Positions 46,172 to 53,665 of a stretch of 64,000 nucleotides of DNA are shown here, one piece after another; the stretch's first letter is position 1, and the number at the start of each line of letters is the position of its first letter. Both the position numbers and the translations under genes were made by a program. The stretch is from Planctomycetia bacterium (GTDB taxonomy: Bacteria; Planctomycetota; Phycisphaerae; Phycisphaerales; SM1A02): positions 2,291 through 66,290 of the forward strand of contig SYGQ01000010.1 of the NCBI GenBank assembly GCA_005799475.1, read 5' to 3'. The notes beneath the pieces were generated by a model. That model did not search any database, had not been told where the DNA came from, and worked only from the letters and a program-made list of their open reading frames with translations.

Positions 46172-46618
46172 ATGCGTCGACCAAGCCCCACACATTCCGT
46201 TCGGTCACGGCGAGCTCCCCATGCCGAGCGCGCGTTCACACTTCTCGAGGTCATCGTGGCTGTAACGATCGTGGCCATTCTTGCCGCCGTCGTCGCACCA
46301 CGGGTCGGTCGGTTCCTCGGGAGGGCGAATGACAAGCGAGCGCGCGCCGAGGCGGCGTCGATGGCGAACCAGGTGCGGGCCTACATGGTGGAGGCAGGGC
46401 TCAGCAAGTGCCCCGAGGATTTTGAGCTTGAGGTCCTGACGCTGGGCGACAATCCCTATCTCGGGAAGAAGTCGGATCTCTTGGATCCTTGGGGCAACGC
46501 GTATGTCATCGTCGTTCCTGGCGTCGTGAACTTCGACTTCGACATCATGTCCTACGGGGCCGATGGGGCGGTCGGCGGCGAAGGCGACGCGAAGGACATC
46601 ACGCACGGGGAGCAGTAG
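46172..46618 (+). CDS. gspG: Major pseudopilin GspG
   Basis: ERA|FTLLEVIVAVTIVAILAAVVAP, with DPWGNAYVIVVPG and SYGADG....GDAKDITH. These match the GspG core and calcium-site region. Confidence 0.88.
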   Translation: MRRPSPTHSVRSRRAPHAERAFTLLEVIVAVTIVAILAAVVAPRVGRFLGRANDKRARAEAASMANQVRAYMVEAGLSKCPEDFELEVLTLGDNPYLGKKSDLLDPWGNAYVIVVPGVVNFDFDIMSYGADGAVGGEGDAKDITHGEQ

Positions 46619-47197
46619 GTGGCCGCACCTCGACGGGCATTCACGCTCATCGAGGTGATCATCGCCGTGGCGATCATCGCCATCATGGCGGCCATGATCG
46701 TGCCCCGCATCACGAGGACCACGAAGTCCGAACACGACCTTGTGATCGATCGCATGATGGACCTTCTCTCGCTCTACGCCTTCCGGGAGGCGACTTCAAG
46801 CCAGCAAGTTGCGCTTTGGCAGGATCCAGAGACCCGCTGGTTCACGCTGCTCGTGGCGGAGCGAAACCTCGACGCCGGCGGTGAGAGTCGCAACTCGCGA
46901 GCCGAGTGGTTCGCCGACCGTCGCTTGCAGCCCGTGGCACTTCCGGATGGCATGGAGTTAGCTGATCTCATCGTCGATGGCCTCGATGTGGTGGGCACTG
47001 ACTGGGTCATAGCGACCGTTCCCGGCGGAGGCCGACCCGCCATCGAGATGCACCTTGTGTCTCCGGTTCTCGACACCACGCTGCGCCTTGACGCCAACTC
47101 CGTGACTCCTGTGCGCATCGACACTGGCTCACGGGCCCCCGCAACGCGGCAGCCCCGCGACATGACGCAGTACGGCACGCGCGGGGAAGTGTGGTGA
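46619..47197 (+). CDS. Minor pseudopilin, GspH-like
   Basis: The GTG start is immediately after the gspG stop. Prepilin N-terminus RRA|FTLIEVIIAVAIIAIMAAMIV. The call rests on size and position. Confidence 0.65.
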   Translation: MAAPRRAFTLIEVIIAVAIIAIMAAMIVPRITRTTKSEHDLVIDRMMDLLSLYAFREATSSQQVALWQDPETRWFTLLVAERNLDAGGESRNSRAEWFADRRLQPVALPDGMELADLIVDGLDVVGTDWVIATVPGGGRPAIEMHLVSPVLDTTLRLDANSVTPVRIDTGSRAPATRQPRDMTQYGTRGEVW

Positions 47198-47655
47198 CGC
47201 CGATGCGCCGAGCATTCGCGCTCCTCGAAGTCATCATCGCGGGGGTCGTCCTGGCCATCGGACTGGGCACGATCGTCTCGTTGGCCTCGCGCGCTCTCAT
47301 GGAGCAGCAGCGCGGCGAGCGCGGCGTCGTGGCGGCGGCGCTGCTGGACCAGTTGCTGGCGGAAATCCTGGTGGAGGGCCCCGTGGAGTGGCCGAAACAG
47401 CACGACACGAGCGGGCGCTTCGATGCGCCGTTTGATCTTTACGACTACGAGGTCACCATCGAAGAGGCCGAGCCGGGTTACCCGTGCGCGGTCCTCGCCG
47501 TCGTCCACGACGATGCCGGTCGTGGCTACCGGTGCGCGACGCGCATCTCGATCCGGCAGGGCGAAGAGCCTAATCCGGAGCGCATGCCGTCGGAACCCTT
47601 TGATCGGCAGGGCTACTGGGACTCGAAGGACGAGAATGCCACGGCCACCAAGTAA
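47191..47655 (+). CDS. Minor pseudopilin, GspI-like
   Basis: RRA|FALLEVIIAGVVLAIGLG. The start is either the GTG at 47191, which overlaps the previous stop, or the ATG at 47203. The call rests on size and position. Confidence 0.6.
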   Translation: MVTPMRRAFALLEVIIAGVVLAIGLGTIVSLASRALMEQQRGERGVVAAALLDQLLAEILVEGPVEWPKQHDTSGRFDAPFDLYDYEVTIEEAEPGYPCAVLAVVHDDAGRGYRCATRISIRQGEEPNPERMPSEPFDRQGYWDSKDENATATK

Positions 47656-48631
47656 CCGCGTCCGCCCTCGCGGCTTCACCTTGATCGAACTCATTGTGGC
47701 TGGCGTGGTCGCGGCGATCGTGCTCGCCACAATCGGAGCGTCCCTGAGTCAGATCGCGCGCGCGCGCGCTTCAGCCAGGGTGAGACTGTCCAGTTCGCTC
47801 AGAGCCAACACAGCCTTGGAGCGCGTCCGGCGGGAGCTGCAGCAGGTCATCCGCAGTGATGCGCTGGTGGACTCGCGCGTGGTGATTGTGAGCGACAAGG
47901 CGGATTCGCCTGTGGGCGAACTCGATCGCGACCAGGTTCTCGTGTACTCCACCAAACTTTCGCCCGTGCGCGCCCAGCAGTACGCCGGCGATGGGTTTGA
48001 GCACGAAGTCCAATGCCGCGTCGAGGAAGATGAGGCTGGCTGCGCGCTTTGGATCCGTTCTGACGGCGTTCCCGACGACAACGAACTCGGTGGTGGACAA
48101 GCCACCCCGGTGATGGAGGGTGTCATCGGGCTCAATCTTGAGGCGTTCGACGGCACGGCGTGGTACGACGAATGGGACTCGGATGTTTTTGGCATGCCAT
48201 GGGCACTTCGGGTCACGGTCTCCAGCGGCGGCGCACCTGATGGCACTGACCTCTATGCGGCGGGACACGACCTTATGAGTCTTAGCACGGTGATCCCCAT
48301 CGACCGAGTCGTACCGCCCTACGAAGAACCACCTCCCGCGGAGACTCCCTCCGGCGATGGCGCCGGAGTGTCGGACGAGACGGCGGCCGCCGCGGCAGGT
48401 TCTGGGATCGTGCCCGCCGGCGGCGCAACCGATGGTGGAGGTGCCGCCACGGGTCCGGAGGCGGGAGGTCTGAGGCCTAGCGGTCGCGGATCCGACGGCC
48501 GCGGCGGCGCAGGGGTGGGGCGTGGCAGCCCCGGCAGCCCCGGCGGACGCGGCGGCAGCGGCGGACGCGGCGGTGGCCCGGAGAGAGGTGGCGGTCTAGG
48601 CGGCGGCCCGGGATCGCGAGGCCCGAGTTGA
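47636..48631 (+). CDS. Minor pseudopilin, GspJ-like, with a Gly/Arg-rich C-terminal tail
   Basis: PRG|FTLIELIVAGVVAAIVLATIG. The ATG at 47636 overlaps the end of the previous gene. The tail reads GRGSDGRGGAGVGRGSPGSPGGRGGSGGRGGGPERGGGLGGGPGSRG. Confidence 0.6.
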   Translation: MPRPPSNRVRPRGFTLIELIVAGVVAAIVLATIGASLSQIARARASARVRLSSSLRANTALERVRRELQQVIRSDALVDSRVVIVSDKADSPVGELDRDQVLVYSTKLSPVRAQQYAGDGFEHEVQCRVEEDEAGCALWIRSDGVPDDNELGGGQATPVMEGVIGLNLEAFDGTAWYDEWDSDVFGMPWALRVTVSSGGAPDGTDLYAAGHDLMSLSTVIPIDRVVPPYEEPPPAETPSGDGAGVSDETAAAAAGSGIVPAGGATDGGGAATGPEAGGLRPSGRGSDGRGGAGVGRGSPGSPGGRGGSGGRGGGPERGGGLGGGPGSRGPS

Positions 48632-50022
48632 TGCGGGGAACGAGGACATCCCGCCGCGCCTCTGCGCTCGTCATCGTCATTTGGACGGTGGCGATCGCGG
48701 CAACCATCGTCGCCGGACTCCAGATTGCCACCTACAGGCAGGCCGTTCTGGGCAACGAGGCGCTCGCGCGGGTCCAGGCCCGTTGGGCCGCGCGGGCTGG
48801 ACTTGAAACGATGATCGCCATCATGGAGTGGCACACTGGGAACCCCGATCCCGATGACGCGTTGGCGATGATCAACGAACTCGACGACAACGCGATCGGG
48901 GATCTTGAGACGGGCAGCTACGACATCCGTCACTTTCTCGACGATGTGGAGTATGTGGGGCCAATGGACGAACACGCCAAGGCCAACATCAACCTGCTCA
49001 GTTCGAACGATCTCCTCAACATCCCAGACATGACGCCCGATGTGGCCGGTGCCATCACGGACTGGCGCGACGCCGACGAGGAACAGAGCATGATCGGCGC
49101 GGAGAAGTCCTACTACGCCAATCGCGGCCTCGGCTATGAGCCGCGCAATGGAAACCTGCGCTCGTTCGCAGAACTCGAACTCGTCGCGGGAGTTTGGCCC
49201 GAGTACATCCGCGGCGAAGACTGGAACCTCAACGGACGACTGGACTCCAATGAAGACGACGGCGAGCAGTCCTGGCCTGAGGACAAGGCCGACGGCATCC
49301 TCGACGCAGGGTGGTCGTCGATCCTCACATCGTTCTCGCGAACTTCTCCAAACGGAGCGAGCGGTGAGCCCCGGCTCAATCTGAAGGTGGCCACCGCAGA
49401 GGATGTCACCGAACGCACTGGGATCTCGGCACCGCAGGCCGCGGCGCTCTTGCAGTACGCGCAAACACCGAACGCGCGGCTCGAAAGCCTACTGACGACG
49501 CCGCTCTCGTTACTCGGCAGCGGCAATACTCCGGCGCAGCCCCAAGGAGGGACCACTGGCGGCGGACGCACGAATCGCTCAAGCGGCGGACGCAGCACCG
49601 GCGGCACGGGAGTGGCGCAAGCGGGCCCAGGGGACCTCGATGCCAACGCGCTGGGCAGGGTGCTCAATGAGTGCTCCCTCCAGGAGTTCACTCGCCCTTT
49701 GCCGGGAAAGATCAACATCAACACCGTCTCTGGGCGCGTGCTTCGTGATGTGTTTGACATGAACCCGAAGCTTGTCGATACGCTTCTCTCCCGCCGCGAC
49801 GCGAGGCCGACTGGGCTCACGAGCGTCGCGGACATTCTTGAGATTCCCGGCATGACACGCGAAGTCCTTGCACCTCTCGCCAAGCACCTCGATGTGCAGA
49901 GTTTTGTCTTCACCGTGAGCAGCGTGGGTCGCTCCAGTACTGGTGGCACTGAGTGTGAAATCCTCGCGACGGTGGATCGTTCAACGCTGCCCGCGCAGAT
50001 CCTGAGCTACCGCGAACCATGA
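48631..50022 (+). CDS. gspK: Minor pseudopilin GspK-like
   Basis: RRASALVIVIWTVAIAATIV lacks the conserved Glu, as expected for GspK. It also has ARWAARAGLE, KANINLLS...LLNIP, and an ITDWRDADEE...YY...GY.PRNG.L.S..EL pattern typical of T2SS protein K. Confidence 0.8.
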   Translation: MRGTRTSRRASALVIVIWTVAIAATIVAGLQIATYRQAVLGNEALARVQARWAARAGLETMIAIMEWHTGNPDPDDALAMINELDDNAIGDLETGSYDIRHFLDDVEYVGPMDEHAKANINLLSSNDLLNIPDMTPDVAGAITDWRDADEEQSMIGAEKSYYANRGLGYEPRNGNLRSFAELELVAGVWPEYIRGEDWNLNGRLDSNEDDGEQSWPEDKADGILDAGWSSILTSFSRTSPNGASGEPRLNLKVATAEDVTERTGISAPQAAALLQYAQTPNARLESLLTTPLSLLGSGNTPAQPQGGTTGGGRTNRSSGGRSTGGTGVAQAGPGDLDANALGRVLNECSLQEFTRPLPGKININTVSGRVLRDVFDMNPKLVDTLLSRRDARPTGLTSVADILEIPGMTREVLAPLAKHLDVQSFVFTVSSVGRSSTGGTECEILATVDRSTLPAQILSYREP

Positions 50023-51986
50023 CCGCCCTCCCGAAGTCCAAGCGATCTCAGCCACAGCGGCAGGCACCCGACCCGACGCTCGTGTGGGTGCTCTCGCCGA
50101 CGCTTGAGGGCGAATCGGTTGCGGCCGTGCGAGTCGAGGCGCTGCGCGTGGGTTCGGCCGCCCCTCAGATCATCGACTCGTTCGCCTTCAACGGGCATGC
50201 ATGCATCCGTGAGGTGCTCACCCGGTGCGAGGCCACGCCGCCGTCGCGAATCGTCGTCGTCCTTCCCGGCAGCGCGGTCATTTGTAGGACGCTGACACTT
50301 CCCTCCGGGTCGGCAGACCAACTGGAGATGGCGCTCCGGCTGCAGATCGAGAACCTCCTGCTCGGGGGTTCGGCGCGATGGCGCACCGAAGGGGCGATGC
50401 TTCCCGCGACTGATCCAGACGCGCCACGAAAGGCGTTGGTGGTCGAGTGGCCCGCGAAGCAGACGGCGCCAGCGGACCTCCTCCCGATCATGCAAGCGGT
50501 GCCGGTCACTTTCGCGCCCAGCATCGCGGCGCTCGCAACGCTCGTGACGGGCGCGATCGGCCTCGGCGCGTCCGAGTCGCTGGCGATGGACCTTGAGCGT
50601 GCTGCGGGCTCGATCGCCATCGCGTTCAGTAACGGACTCAAGAGCGCGTTCCGCGTGGTGCGCGAGGATGGCACCAACGAGTCGCAGTGGCGCGACGCCA
50701 TCGTGCGCGCACTCCGCGAGACACTCCTCGCGGCGGAGGTTCCCGACACCGAAACCGAAGCGATCTGTGTGCGCGTCGAAAGCGCGATCGAGAGGCGATG
50801 CGAGGGATTCTTTGCGCCGCTCAGTGGCGGCATCGATTCATTTCGGTCGCTCATCAAGGGATCTCCCGACGACGACGCATGGTGGCACCAGAATGGCACG
50901 GCCGCCGGGGCGGCTGCGGCGCTGGGCCAACCCACGGCTCGCCTGTGCGGTCTCCGGGCGCACGAGGAGGTTGAGAATCCTGGGATCGCCCGGAGGATGC
51001 TCGCGGCGGCGATGAAACCGAAGGTGGCCGCGCGGCTCGCGATCGCGGCCACGGTCGCGATCGCGCTCGTTCCGCCTGCTGTCGCCGGCGCACGCCTTCT
51101 TTACCTCAGATGGCTCCTCCCCGAACCGCAGGCCTATGGGCGAATCCTCGACCGCGATGACAAGCAGGGTTCCATGTATCGCGACTACGAGCGCTACGCC
51201 TGGCCGATCACCAAGTTGCTCGGTGATGTCGCGTCAACAACCCCCGTGGGCATCGAGCTCGAGACCATCACGCTCGGTCAGGCTGCCCCACTGTCGGTGA
51301 CTGGGACTTCGAAGCCCGTTGGATCAGGTTCGAACGCCGCGGATTCGATCCTCCAGATGGAAGCGCAGATGCGCGCGTCGGGAGTGTTCGACAGAGTGGA
51401 AAAGAGCTGGGATGCCCCCAACAACAACGGGGTCGTCAAGTTTGAGCTTGCCGCAGCGATCATCAAGCCGACCCTCGTCCCGAACTACACCGACGATCAA
51501 GACTTTGCCAAGCGAACATTGCGGGAGCGAAAGTACGGGTCCCTTCCATCCGAGGGGACATCGACAGCGCCGGACTCGCCGTCGGTGCCGACGCTCGCCA
51601 ATGACAGCGCACCCGACGCAGGGGCACCGCATCAGTCATCCGGCGAAGGGACCGCGGCGACAGCCGCAGCCAGTCCACCGGTCGCCGCAGCGGGCGCGAA
51701 CTCTGGCGCCTCCGACGAGGCACGCACGCGGAGGCGCCCATCATCGGGGGGTGCCTCCGGCGGGACAGACATTGCTCGCCGCGGCAGCCCCGGCGCTCAA
51801 GCCGTCGCACCTGCGGTCCCCGAGCCTCTCACGGACCAGCACATTGCGGCGATGACACAGGCCGAAGCGCGCGAGGCCGCCGGACGGGTCTCCACCGCAC
51901 GCGGACTCAGCGGTCTCGATGAAGCGACCGAGGCTCGCCTCAAGGCGGAGTTTTACAAGTTGCTCGAACGGGCGCGCAATCCATGA
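50019..51986 (+). CDS. GspL / PilM-PilN-like inner-membrane assembly protein
   Basis: ATGA overlap with gspK. It has a ~330-aa cytoplasmic part, one TM helix (AARLAIAATVAIALVPPAVAG), a periplasmic part, and a low-complexity linker with a conserved C-terminal module. The call rests on position and topology. Confidence 0.6.
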   Translation: MTALPKSKRSQPQRQAPDPTLVWVLSPTLEGESVAAVRVEALRVGSAAPQIIDSFAFNGHACIREVLTRCEATPPSRIVVVLPGSAVICRTLTLPSGSADQLEMALRLQIENLLLGGSARWRTEGAMLPATDPDAPRKALVVEWPAKQTAPADLLPIMQAVPVTFAPSIAALATLVTGAIGLGASESLAMDLERAAGSIAIAFSNGLKSAFRVVREDGTNESQWRDAIVRALRETLLAAEVPDTETEAICVRVESAIERRCEGFFAPLSGGIDSFRSLIKGSPDDDAWWHQNGTAAGAAAALGQPTARLCGLRAHEEVENPGIARRMLAAAMKPKVAARLAIAATVAIALVPPAVAGARLLYLRWLLPEPQAYGRILDRDDKQGSMYRDYERYAWPITKLLGDVASTTPVGIELETITLGQAAPLSVTGTSKPVGSGSNAADSILQMEAQMRASGVFDRVEKSWDAPNNNGVVKFELAAAIIKPTLVPNYTDDQDFAKRTLRERKYGSLPSEGTSTAPDSPSVPTLANDSAPDAGAPHQSSGEGTAATAAASPPVAAAGANSGASDEARTRRRPSSGGASGGTDIARRGSPGAQAVAPAVPEPLTDQHIAAMTQAEAREAAGRVSTARGLSGLDEATEARLKAEFYKLLERARNP

Positions 51987-52594
51987 GCGGCGGCCGCAGC
52001 AAGCTCGCAGAGCGGTTCATGTCCCTGTCGCCCGGGCGCAAGGTCGCCGTCGCCGTGGTCGGCGGACTTATCCTCTGGCTCTTCGTCAACGACTATGTGT
52101 GGAGCTACGCGACGGAGTGGAATGCAGCGGCCGACCGACTTGAAACGCTATTGCAGCGCGGCGCCCAACGCCAGGCGGCGCTGTCGAAGGATGTGGAGCG
52201 CGCCGTGATCGCGTTCGGGAAAGCGGAAATCCCGTTGGACGAGGCGTCGACCTCACAAAGTCTGGCGAAGGCCATCACGGAGACACTGAGGACTCACCGC
52301 ATTGCGAACTCCCCCTACGAGTCGCTTCAGGGCGGCAAACTGCCGGGGACCGCGTTTCAAGTGGGCGCGATCTCGGGCGCGCGTCTCGAACGCATCCGGG
52401 GTCAGGTGAGTTTCGAGACCGACGCCGACGAGGTCATCGGGATCCTCAGCGACCTCGAGTCTCACCCCGATGTGGACTCGATCTACTCGCTACGGATCAA
52501 CCGGATGGGCGAAACGCGACGAGTGAATGTCAAGCTTGTGGCCGAGGCATGGGCGACAACCGCGAAGGACACGCGACCCGGGGCGACACCGTGA
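51983..52594 (+). CDS. GspM / PilO-like bitopic membrane protein
   Basis: ATGA overlap with the previous gene. It has an N-terminal TM helix (VAVAVVGGLILWLFV), then a coiled region and an alpha/beta domain. The call rests on position and topology. Confidence 0.5.
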   Translation: MSGGRSKLAERFMSLSPGRKVAVAVVGGLILWLFVNDYVWSYATEWNAAADRLETLLQRGAQRQAALSKDVERAVIAFGKAEIPLDEASTSQSLAKAITETLRTHRIANSPYESLQGGKLPGTAFQVGAISGARLERIRGQVSFETDADEVIGILSDLESHPDVDSIYSLRINRMGETRRVNVKLVAEAWATTAKDTRPGATP

Positions 52595-53598
52595 TGCACC
52601 CTCGGGCAAATCTCCCCAGTGGAACCCGTTGGTCTGGCCCGTTCATCGTCAGTGGATTGGCGGTTTTTCTCGGATCCTGGGTTCTCTTGGGTGAAGCGAT
52701 GCCCATCTTGGGAACGCTGCTCGTTCCGCATGGCAATGAAGGAGAAAGATCGGCGACTGATCGTGCTCTTGAACGACACCAAGACCTCATGAAAACTTCG
52801 CGGGATCGCTTCGCTGGGCGAAGTCTCTTCGTCATGCCGCCACCGCCCGAACGGAAGGCTCCGCCTGCTCCGCCGCCGCCCCCTCCACGAGTGGAGCCGG
52901 TCGACCCGCCGCCGCCACTGGCACCACCAGCGACCTACACAGGATCGGCGCCCAAGGGGGTCATCGGCACGACGGTCCTCTTCGACACTTTCTCCGTTCG
53001 GGTTGGTGAGGAGAAGAACGGCATCAAGGTGATCGGGATTGAGCCGCCGTCGAATGTGAAGATCGAACACATGGGTGGCAGCTACTCGGTGCCAATCTGG
53101 ACACCGACGGATTGGTCGAAGCTCGGTGCCATCTCGCATGCAGCAACGCCCTCGGGGATTCAGAGTGTCCCCTCGCCCGCAGTTGCACCCGAGCCCGTAC
53201 CCGAGCCTGTGGCCGAACTCGTGCCCACGCCCGAGCCCGCGCTTGTGGCTGAGCCGGCGGTGCTGTCGACGGATCCTCCAGCGTCTCCGCCTGTGGTCGT
53301 CGAGCCGCCTCCACCGAGTCCGCCTCAGCCAGTCCGACCCGCCGCAGCGGCCTCGCTGGCGACACCGTACACGCCCGCGCGCGCGATTGCGGGCCCATCG
53401 AGCGTGGTGCCGCCAGCCGCCATTCCCGATCCGCTGACCCCGGAACAGATCCGGCTCATGTCGCAGGCGCAAGTCACCGCTGCGATCGCGCAAGTGAGCC
53501 GCGCACGGCAGCAACCCGGACTCGATGCCGCCACCCAAGGGCGATTGCGGCAGGAGTTTGATCTCCTTCGCGCCCGTCGCGCGGAACTCCCACGATGA
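52591..53598 (+). CDS. GspC / PilP-like bitopic membrane protein with a Pro-rich linker
   Basis: GTGA overlap with the previous gene. It has a TM helix (FIVSGLAVFLGSWVLLG), a PPPPERKAPPAPPPPPPRVEPVDPPPPLAPP linker, a small beta-rich domain (VLFDTFSVRVGEEKNGIKVIGIEPP), and a C-terminal module shared with the GspL-like protein. Confidence 0.45.
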   Translation: MMHPRANLPSGTRWSGPFIVSGLAVFLGSWVLLGEAMPILGTLLVPHGNEGERSATDRALERHQDLMKTSRDRFAGRSLFVMPPPPERKAPPAPPPPPPRVEPVDPPPPLAPPATYTGSAPKGVIGTTVLFDTFSVRVGEEKNGIKVIGIEPPSNVKIEHMGGSYSVPIWTPTDWSKLGAISHAATPSGIQSVPSPAVAPEPVPEPVAELVPTPEPALVAEPAVLSTDPPASPPVVVEPPPPSPPQPVRPAAAASLATPYTPARAIAGPSSVVPPAAIPDPLTPEQIRLMSQAQVTAAIAQVSRARQQPGLDAATQGRLRQEFDLLRARRAELPR

Positions 53599-53665
53599 AT
53601 CGGCAAGCATTCCGCGCGAAACGCGTTCGACCAATGAGGACTACCCTCGGAGCCTGACCGTGAAG

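Noticed and set aside
48319-49464. 381-aa minus-strand ORF with a striking Pro-rich tail (PPRPPPLSGPPPRPP...).
   Set aside because: The Pro-rich part is simply the reverse complement of the Gly/Arg-rich tail of the GspJ-like gene. The rest is antisense to gspK.
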